A stretch of 64,000 nt of DNA from a virus: IMG/VR virus record IMGVR_UViG_3300034108_000145, positions 1-64,000 of that record; one strand, given 5' to 3'. The notes beneath the pieces are model-generated. The model searched no databases. It was given only the letters and a program-made list of their open reading frames with translations, and was not told the origin of the DNA. The position numbers and the translations under genes were made by a program. The first letter of the stretch is position 1. The number at the start of each line of letters is the position of its first letter. Positions 56,899-64,000 of this stretch are shown here, piece after piece.

Positions 56899-58518
56899 TT
56901 AGAATGATCCACCAGTTACAGGGTTTCTCATAACAATCTTCAATACTTTCGTAGGATCTTTAACCCAGATAGCAGGCATTGTTTGAGTCATGAACACACG
57001 GTAGCCGTTGAAGTTTCCAGAAGACTGGAAGCCTTGAGTACGACCCATGTAATCCATAGTACCGTTTTGATAGAACCACTTCAATTGATTATCCCAAGAT
57101 AACTTCAACAAGAAGATGTTGTCGTTAGTGTTCTCAGTGATATCAAAGATGATGAAATTATAAGAACTTAATGGGAAACCATCAATGATTGGGTTCTCAA
57201 TGTCATTAGTGTGGATGTTATCAAACGCTGGGTTCAATACAAACTTAACGTTAGCCAAGAACGGAATAACGTATTGAGTGTAAGCAAAACCAAAGTTTAG
57301 ATCCATACCTTTGCCAGTGATAGCACCAACTTCAGAAGCATTGATTACTAAGCCAGAGTTAATAGCCTCACGCTTAATAGCTTCATTAACAAGTTTCATA
57401 CCACCAAGACCTGTTTGTACAACTAAGCTACGCTTAGGATCTGGTCCTTGGAACTCAACTTTACCATTGAAGAAGTTGAAGATCTCAGACTTGAATAGAT
57501 CCAAGTTGAAACTACCTTTGTTGTAAATACGCTTGTAAGAGTTATCTAACTGCTTCCAAAGACCAACTGATAGACGAATATCATCTGGACCATCTTGCTT
57601 AACTTTACCACCTTGACCCCACATAAGGTAAGTTTCGATGTCGTTAGCAATCTTACTCAAATGAGCTGCTTCCATAGTAGTTAAGAATGTACGAGTTAAC
57701 TGACCAGATTGGTAAGCTTTCTTTACATAATCTTTACCCATTTTAGAAGCCATGTCTTCTAAGTTAGAAATAGAAGGATCTACGCTCTTGTCAAAGTTTC
57801 TCCAAAGCTCAACTACAGGAACTGTACCATCAGCTTTTAAACCACCTTTCATCATTAAGTCAGCACGAGAGCTAACAGAATAGTGAACGTGAGCTTCAGC
57901 ACCACCTACATAGTTGTAGAATTCACGGAAACCTGCACTGATGTTACCGATATCAGAGAAACGCTCACCGTATTCACCACGAGCAGAACCTTTACGGAAC
58001 ACCTTAGTACCAACTTTTAAGTACTTGTTATCCAAGAACTTAGCGTTGTCATTGTTTACAAGCTGAACTGTGTAAATGAAACCGTCACCAGCTGGGATGA
58101 TATCGTCAGCAGTGATGTACATTTCAACACCGTTGTATTTGTCATAAGTGATGATATCACCATGTCCAAAAGAACGCTTGTTTACTTTAATTTTGAAACT
58201 CTGTCCGTCAATGCCTTTTGTAGCATTAGCGGATTCTACATCTTCTGTAATGTAAGGTAGATCCTGAGTTACTGGGATCTGCCATTTGTACTCACCACGT
58301 GCGTTATCTACAGAGATAACGTTCTTTCCTCCAAAGCTAGACATCTGGTACAAAGGCATTTCTACCTTTTGAGCCATTGCCCATAAATCTACAGGACCTA
58401 AATCAGTAGGTTCTGCACTCTTAAGAAGGTTTGAAAGGTGGTAGGAGTCTACGTGTGAGCTAGTTGCATAGCTGGTATCTCGTAGAAATATACCATTGTT
58501 CAAAACTGGAGTTGCCAT
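56899..58518 (-). CDS. Major capsid protein, 539 aa
   Basis: Size, position after portal and scaffold, strongly biased codons, YLMWGQGG...GLWKQL and C-terminal IWVKDPTK motifs resembling crAss MCP. Confidence 0.85.
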   Translation of the reverse strand: MATPVLNNGIFLRDTSYATSSHVDSYHLSNLLKSAEPTDLGPVDLWAMAQKVEMPLYQMSSFGGKNVISVDNARGEYKWQIPVTQDLPYITEDVESANATKGIDGQSFKIKVNKRSFGHGDIITYDKYNGVEMYITADDIIPAGDGFIYTVQLVNNDNAKFLDNKYLKVGTKVFRKGSARGEYGERFSDIGNISAGFREFYNYVGGAEAHVHYSVSSRADLMMKGGLKADGTVPVVELWRNFDKSVDPSISNLEDMASKMGKDYVKKAYQSGQLTRTFLTTMEAAHLSKIANDIETYLMWGQGGKVKQDGPDDIRLSVGLWKQLDNSYKRIYNKGSFNLDLFKSEIFNFFNGKVEFQGPDPKRSLVVQTGLGGMKLVNEAIKREAINSGLVINASEVGAITGKGMDLNFGFAYTQYVIPFLANVKFVLNPAFDNIHTNDIENPIIDGFPLSSYNFIIFDITENTNDNIFLLKLSWDNQLKWFYQNGTMDYMGRTQGFQSSGNFNGYRVFMTQTMPAIWVKDPTKVLKIVMRNPVTGGSF

Positions 58519-58550
58519 AAGGCTTTAAAATTTAAGGGTTAATAAATTAT

Positions 58551-59822
58551 TTAACGTTTAAAAATATTTTGAGGTCTAGATATTTTTCTAGATCTAGTCT
58601 CTTCTTCTTCTTGGAATGTACTAACGTTCTTACGAGACTGTTCAGTCTTAAGTTGTCGTACTGTTTGTTCTACTGCTTGGTTCTTTCCTTGCTTAGTAAG
58701 GCTTGAGCGATACTCATCAGGGTTAGAAAGTAACCAAAGAGCTTCAGCAATCAATGGGTAGTTAGGTTCTACAAACTGATACTTCTCTAAAAGATGACCC
58801 AACAAGTTTGTTGGACGTCCACTGATAGATGGGTATTGAGGCTGAACCAACCCACTATATAACTGAGCTTGAGTCTTTTTATCTAGCTTAAGACCATTAA
58901 TCTCAGCTGGACGAAGAGCTTCAAATACATTTTGCATGTAAGCTTGGGCAGCTTGTTCTTGCTGTTCCTTTCTAGCTTCTTGTTCTGCAATTGTAGCTTG
59001 AACAAACTCTTCTTGCATTTGGTCTAACTTTGGTTTAAACTGTTTAGCTTTCTTTTCTAAAGCTCCAATTTCTCTCCAAGTAGAAACTTCTTCTTCAATT
59101 TCATCTGCTGTACCAAAACCAGTGGCTTGTAAATAAGATCTTACAATACCTTCTTGGTCATTTTCATCAGTAGGGTCCATTTCACGAACTTGTTCTACCT
59201 GAGCCAAAGCTTGGAAAAGACCTTTAAGATCTTGTCCGCCATCTGCTACATACTTAGCTGCATATTGCAACTCGTCTGGTAAAGACTCAAAGAACTCTTG
59301 AGGAGTCTTAGCTGCTACTTCTTGTTTTAAGTTATCCAAGTTAGCTTGCCACAACTCTTCAACATCTTTCTCTCCTAATGTACCTAAGTAATCATCAAGA
59401 GATTGTTTTGTTTCATCATAGTCATCAAAGGCAAACATTTCCTTTGACTCAATGCGTTTTTTAAGAAACTCTACTAATCCAGACTTTTCTGTTTTAGGAC
59501 GTCCTCCTTTTGCTTTAGAATCAGATGTGTCATCATCATCTAAATCTTTAAGAAGATCATCAGTTTCTTCTTTTGTTACAGGTTTTGTTCCACGTGGAAC
59601 ATCACCATCTTTATCATCTGTTTCATCATCAGACGAATTATCATCGTCATCTAAGAAACTAAAATCTTGAGCTTTTTGACTAAAAATGTTAGGTTTAACA
59701 TCCTTCTTGTCTTCTGTGCTAGGAGTAACAATGCTATCTGCACCGGGAGCTCCTAACCAACTGTCAATGTCAAGATCAACTTGCTGTACACTAGTTTGTA
59801 CATTGGTTTGATTATCAGTCAT
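58551..59822 (-). CDS. Scaffold-like acidic protein (gene-77-like), 423 aa
   Basis: Asp/Glu-rich disordered N-terminus, coiled coils; between portal and MCP. Confidence 0.65.
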   Translation of the reverse strand: MTDNQTNVQTSVQQVDLDIDSWLGAPGADSIVTPSTEDKKDVKPNIFSQKAQDFSFLDDDDNSSDDETDDKDGDVPRGTKPVTKEETDDLLKDLDDDDTSDSKAKGGRPKTEKSGLVEFLKKRIESKEMFAFDDYDETKQSLDDYLGTLGEKDVEELWQANLDNLKQEVAAKTPQEFFESLPDELQYAAKYVADGGQDLKGLFQALAQVEQVREMDPTDENDQEGIVRSYLQATGFGTADEIEEEVSTWREIGALEKKAKQFKPKLDQMQEEFVQATIAEQEARKEQQEQAAQAYMQNVFEALRPAEINGLKLDKKTQAQLYSGLVQPQYPSISGRPTNLLGHLLEKYQFVEPNYPLIAEALWLLSNPDEYRSSLTKQGKNQAVEQTVRQLKTEQSRKNVSTFQEEEETRSRKISRPQNIFKR

Positions 59823-59845
59823 AAATGTTTGGTTTTTTGTGTATC

Positions 59846-59863
59846 TCTACATAAATAATATAC
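59846..59863 (-). promoter_or_regulatory. Conserved promoter-like motif GTATATTATTTATGTAGA (copy 5)
   Basis: 17/18 identical to copy 1; upstream of the scaffold-MCP genes. Confidence 0.65.
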
Positions 59864-59932
59864 AACTTTAAATTTTAAAAATTTACTTTACCTAAAAAAA
59901 ATATACCTAAGGTATGGATAATAGAGCTATAA

Positions 59933-62686
59933 TTATTTAGCTTTCTTCCCAGAATCGTACTTATTCTTATTTTCTTTAGCAATCTGAAGTTGTTTATCAG
60001 CTATTTGTTTCTGTGTTTGTAACTTTTCACGATCTATGCTAAGCTTCTGATCTGTCTGTAGTTTTTTATTCATCTCAGACTCACGCTTAAGATTCATCTG
60101 ATCTTGATAGCGTTGCTCACCACGAATCTTTTCTAAAGCATCTTGATAATCAGACTGTTCGTTCTGGTTAATATCTACACCTGCACCATATCCAGCTGCT
60201 CTAATCTCAGCTACAGTAAGCTGAGTTTGTCTATCCAGATCAGCTTGTTCGGTTCTAAACTGTAGATCCATTTGTTTCTGACGTTCTTGAGACTCAAGCA
60301 TTTCTTGTTGCATCTGCTGCTGTTGTTGCATTTCAGCTTCTTTCTGAGCTTGTACTTTTTCTTCAGCATTCTTAAGAACACCTGTAAGTTCAGCAATAGA
60401 CTCAGACTTGATAACATTACCAAGATCGTAGATAGATGCACCAGTAGTATTGTTATTGATAGCCAATTGTTTAAGTTGCTCCATTACAGAACGAGCATTA
60501 GTCTTTGTTGTACAGAAGATATTTAAATCTCTCATAAGAAGCTCTGTACCGTTCATTTCAAAATGAACTTTTTCATCCTTAGATGTAATATATTGAAGAC
60601 GTACACTAGGCTTTTTAGAATGATAATACTGAGCAAGATCTGTTCTAAGCTGATGTACGCGAGGCATTAAGTTATCTGAGTGCTGAATAAAATACTGCTC
60701 TGTCTGTGCATAAGAAGCGTTCATAGCTTGTTCTACACCAGTGGCAGTTTGTTGTTGAGCAATAGCCTGACCCATACGTTGTGGGTTAAGACCAATAGTT
60801 TCAAAAGCTTGGTTCTTAAAGTGACCTGCTAATTGAATACGAGATAACAAACGGTTAGTTTGTTCTAGGTTTAACACCTGATAATGTTGGAAGTTAAGAG
60901 CATTCTCAGTGTTAGTTATGCTTGTATCAAGCGGTAACATCTGGAAGTTCTTCATAGCCACATAGGCTTTAGCCAGATTATTTTTACCCCAGTCTTCTCC
61001 CATAGAGTGACGTGGCAAAGAGTTCTGGTCTAGCATGATCACCGTGCCGAGCTCATCTACTAAAATGTCTGCGATCTGGTTATTCACAATATTATAGCCT
61101 ATTTGGTAGGGCTTCATTAGATCAACCAATGAAGTACTCCTAGTATTTCTATCTCCAAATACACAACCTTCCACTGGAAGTTTACACCCATAAAGTGTAG
61201 CATCCCCTTTGAATTGGAAAGGAAGACGTCCTGGTTTACCACCATTAAGTCCTAAGTAGATTGGGTTAATGCCACCTGGGTTATTATGTCCCCAGAATGC
61301 CGGACGGTTAGGTCCAATCTTAATACCACCCCAAGTCTCGTTAATCCAAATCCAATCTATATGTTCACCAAAGATTAAGTTATCTTTAGTCTTTTGTTTA
61401 TACAATGCAGTGTTATACTGAGGCTTATCAGACACTTTAAATGATTCAGTTACAATGTCTTGTAAGATTTCTCCTTCTTCTGTAATCTTAGTTAAGTGCC
61501 CCACTTTACGTTGAGACTTCCAATAAATCTGAGATACACGTAGTAAGTGACTCTTACCAAAGTCAATAGTATCTTCTGAATCTGATAAGATCCATTCTAC
61601 AATGTCACCTGTACCAAACTTTGTATCGTATACAGATGTAAATTGTCTGTATGCAAGAGATGGCATCTGAGTATTCCACTCATGACTTCTTGTAGGATCA
61701 TAGTATGTACCGTCATTTTGGTATCCTTGTACAGCATAGCCGGCAGATCTTACAGGATAGATAGCTTCTAAAGCTTCCATTTGTTCCTGGTTCATCATCC
61801 AACCAAACTTATCAATAACGTCTGATACAGACATCATATCCATTTTACCTACCCAGTTACCCTGAGAGATATAACGTACATCTGGAGATTTATGGTAGAA
61901 TGTAAGAAGTGGATTCCACAACTCTAACTCATAGTCATCTTCCATCATGTTAAAATGCCAGAACTCACGATCTGTAATTAACATATCGCGAAATGCACGT
62001 TCTTCTAACTCTTGAAGTTTAAACCTTTCTTCATCTACTGACATCTGGTGGGTAGCCCACTCTTCAATCATAGATCTGTAATCTTTACGGAAAAAGCTTT
62101 CAATCTCAGGAAGTTTCTTTAAGTTATCTGGAGAAGTCTGCTCTTGAACTTGTTTCTGAACTTCTTCATCTTCAAGATCTAAGCCCTGATTCATAATCTC
62201 CATCATCATCTTTTGCTGAGCATCCTGTAAAAGGACATCCTCAAGCATTTTACGCTTCTCTTCTAAAAGCTCATTGTAAGAAATATCATCTACAGCCTTA
62301 AACATAATACGTGAGCTTCTTTTAGAAAACTCATTACATAATACGTTTACAACGTTAGGGATAATAGGATAGAACTTAAGCTCTAATGCAGATTGATCTT
62401 CTTTAGTTAACTGATCAATAAGATCAGCCATTTCGTTATCTTCTTCAACGATATAATCTGTTTTGTCAATAATACCCTTAGCAAGCTTGTAGTTCTTCAT
62501 AAGCCTACGAGCATTGCGTCTAAGCTGCTTCATACCTTGCCACTCAAGCCAGTCTAGATTCCAGGCTCTCCACTCATCATCTTTCTCTTTCTCGGGTAAA
62601 AATTGAATAGGCTGGGTAAGAGTACCCATCTTGTTATACTCCGCCTTTTTCCCGGCCTTCAGATCCATTGCTGAATATATCTGCAT
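59933..62686 (-). CDS. Portal protein, 917 aa
   Basis: FYPIIPNVVNVLCNE, WIWINETWGGIKIG, SLVDLMKPYQIGYNI, GLNPQRMG motifs and Q-rich C-terminal barrel, typical of crAss portals. Confidence 0.88.
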   Translation of the reverse strand: MQIYSAMDLKAGKKAEYNKMGTLTQPIQFLPEKEKDDEWRAWNLDWLEWQGMKQLRRNARRLMKNYKLAKGIIDKTDYIVEEDNEMADLIDQLTKEDQSALELKFYPIIPNVVNVLCNEFSKRSSRIMFKAVDDISYNELLEEKRKMLEDVLLQDAQQKMMMEIMNQGLDLEDEEVQKQVQEQTSPDNLKKLPEIESFFRKDYRSMIEEWATHQMSVDEERFKLQELEERAFRDMLITDREFWHFNMMEDDYELELWNPLLTFYHKSPDVRYISQGNWVGKMDMMSVSDVIDKFGWMMNQEQMEALEAIYPVRSAGYAVQGYQNDGTYYDPTRSHEWNTQMPSLAYRQFTSVYDTKFGTGDIVEWILSDSEDTIDFGKSHLLRVSQIYWKSQRKVGHLTKITEEGEILQDIVTESFKVSDKPQYNTALYKQKTKDNLIFGEHIDWIWINETWGGIKIGPNRPAFWGHNNPGGINPIYLGLNGGKPGRLPFQFKGDATLYGCKLPVEGCVFGDRNTRSTSLVDLMKPYQIGYNIVNNQIADILVDELGTVIMLDQNSLPRHSMGEDWGKNNLAKAYVAMKNFQMLPLDTSITNTENALNFQHYQVLNLEQTNRLLSRIQLAGHFKNQAFETIGLNPQRMGQAIAQQQTATGVEQAMNASYAQTEQYFIQHSDNLMPRVHQLRTDLAQYYHSKKPSVRLQYITSKDEKVHFEMNGTELLMRDLNIFCTTKTNARSVMEQLKQLAINNNTTGASIYDLGNVIKSESIAELTGVLKNAEEKVQAQKEAEMQQQQQMQQEMLESQERQKQMDLQFRTEQADLDRQTQLTVAEIRAAGYGAGVDINQNEQSDYQDALEKIRGEQRYQDQMNLKRESEMNKKLQTDQKLSIDREKLQTQKQIADKQLQIAKENKNKYDSGKKAK

Positions 62687-62691
62687 GATAT

Positions 62692-62970
62692 TTAGTTATT
62701 TAGGTTTGCTGAATCATCAGCAATTGTATTAGTAATAGTTCCACCAGTAGTTGATATAAATGATGGCATATATGGTGCAGTGGAAGTACTCCATATACCC
62801 GATGACGGATAAACAGGAAAACTACTACTTCCATTGGTAGTTCCAAAAGTTAATGTGGGTTTTTCTTCTTCCTTTAAAAGCAGCAAAGCTTCCTCTAGGG
62901 TGAGGGAGCTTTCTTTAATCAACCTAGAAAGAACTGTTACTTTTTGGGCATGTAAGTCTAGAGTTTCCAT
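62692..62970 (-). CDS. Hypothetical protein, 92 aa
   Basis: Fills the terminase-portal gap; LTLEEALLLL helix then a Ser/Thr-rich tail. Confidence 0.6.
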   Translation of the reverse strand: METLDLHAQKVTVLSRLIKESSLTLEEALLLLKEEEKPTLTFGTTNGSSSFPVYPSSGIWSTSTAPYMPSFISTTGGTITNTIADDSANLNN

Positions 62971-62973
62971 ATT

Positions 62974-64000
62974 TTATCTCATATTTTTAAAAGGACTACG
63001 TGGCGGTCTCATATTTGTACCGTCACTACCCCTAGAATTACCCAGATGTCTAAAGGGGCTCCAATTTAATTTACTAAATTTCTGGGAGTTATCCAAGTTT
63101 TCTTTTGTAACTTCTACACGTTTAGAGAAGCCACGGTTAGATTGTTGCACCTTTGCAAAGGCTATAAGAGCACAAAAGGCTACCAATCTATCCACGTTTA
63201 GTCCATCTCTGTAAGCTTGCATCTCTCGTAAAAGCATAATGTCAGGGATTCTTTCAATACCGTATATGGTTTTTACAATATCCCCGTTTTCTTTTGTCTC
63301 ATGATCTAGCTCTTCTTTTGTATACTCAATACCGTAAGATAGGATGTTACCCTTAAAAAGCGTACCTACGTTCTTCCAGCCATATTCTTGGAATACGTTA
63401 CGGTTGGCACCAATGTCTTTTAAGAATAAGATCATGTCTTTAGGTACTAAGTAACGTTGCTTACGTTTAGAAATCATGTATTGTATAAACAAAGCTACGT
63501 TATTCTCCACTATTGTCCAGGCGTTGTACCACTCTATAAGTATTTCTAAACGCTCATGGGTTTTAGTAAGATCGTCAAAACGACCACACCAAGATGCCAC
63601 TATACCATCCCGTTCAATACTACTTTCTACCACTCCTCCACCAGAGTCTTTTATTACTTCTACAGGATTCTTGTATATGTATATAGAACATAGGGATTCC
63701 GATGTAGTAGTTTTACCTTCACCTACTGGATCCACAGAAGCATAGTATGTGCCAAACTGAGGATCTTTACAAGGTCTTTCGTAAATACAGATGACACCTT
63801 CTTTATCTTCTGTCTTTTTAGATATAGGAAACTCCATAATAGGAATCTTCCTAGACGGTTTGTCTATGATTTTACCTTCTGCGTTTCTAGAAAGTTCTAA
63901 GTATTCTACAGGATATTCTTTATCTTGAATACGCTGCATTTGTTTAGCCACAAGATGCGGAGGGAACACACTCACCTTACGTGTAGCAAAAGCCTCTTCT
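62974..64000 (-). CDS. terL: Terminase large subunit, C-terminal nuclease part (runs off right edge)
   Basis: Frame stays open beyond the track's GTG (EEAFATRKVSVFP); RNase-H-fold motifs YYASVDPV, IVENN, NVDRLVAF; upstream of portal. Confidence 0.88.
   Translation of the reverse strand, partial: EEAFATRKVSVFPPHLVAKQMQRIQDKEYPVEYLELSRNAEGKIIDKPSRKIPIMEFPISKKTEDKEGVICIYERPCKDPQFGTYYASVDPVGEGKTTTSESLCSIYIYKNPVEVIKDSGGGVVESSIERDGIVASWCGRFDDLTKTHERLEILIEWYNAWTIVENNVALFIQYMISKRKQRYLVPKDMILFLKDIGANRNVFQEYGWKNVGTLFKGNILSYGIEYTKEELDHETKENGDIVKTIYGIERIPDIMLLREMQAYRDGLNVDRLVAFCALIAFAKVQQSNRGFSKRVEVTKENLDNSQKFSKLNWSPFRHLGNSRGSDGTNMRPPRSPFKNMR

Noticed and set aside
1552-63745. Many short plus-strand ORFs and short nested minus-strand ORFs in the track
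   Set aside because: They lie antisense to or inside long, motif-bearing, tightly packed minus-strand genes; they are shadow frames.
63973-63975. GTG as terminase start
   Set aside because: The frame is open to the window edge and the ATPase domain is missing, so the gene starts outside the window.
1-64000. Genome-wide stop-codon reassignment as in some crAss-like phages
   Set aside because: Genes up to 1890 aa are intact in the standard code, and TAG (39933) and TGA (23142) each end a gene at a plausible overlap.
56899-64000. Inteins or introns in terminase, portal or MCP
   Set aside because: Sizes are ordinary and no splicing or homing-endonuclease motifs were seen.

Overview
The whole window is the minus-strand virion (late) module of a large, AT-rich crAss-like (Crassvirales-type) podophage, probably infecting Bacteroidota (A-rich leaders without Shine-Dalgarno motifs). 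In transcription order (right to left): terminase C-terminal half, portal, scaffold-like protein, major capsid protein, ring/auxiliary capsid/hub proteins, three large S74-chaperone tail fibres, a lectin tip protein, a Cys-rich FN3-like cluster, a metallophosphoesterase, IHF-like and ring proteins, a small HExxH peptidase, the muzzle/tail-stabilisation protein, then five probable injected cargo proteins, the last running off the left edge. The main finding is that three adjacent cargo proteins (6654-18575) are strings of unrelated modules (two ART-like domains, SLT-like and GH108-like muramidases, Zn ribbon, cell-wall-binding and pre-toxin-like modules, small basic modules) punctuated by about 26 copies of a [M/Y/F/W/K]-x-x-G-G motif. 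This suggests a protease-processed or tag-loaded effector polyprotein system. Also seen: a five-copy phage promoter-like motif with adjacent inverted repeats, a leader shared by the two capsid genes, a compact cloverleaf-like RNA after the capsid gene, and a hairpin whose loop is antisense to several gene leaders. All family assignments come from motif recognition and synteny by eye; no database search was run.
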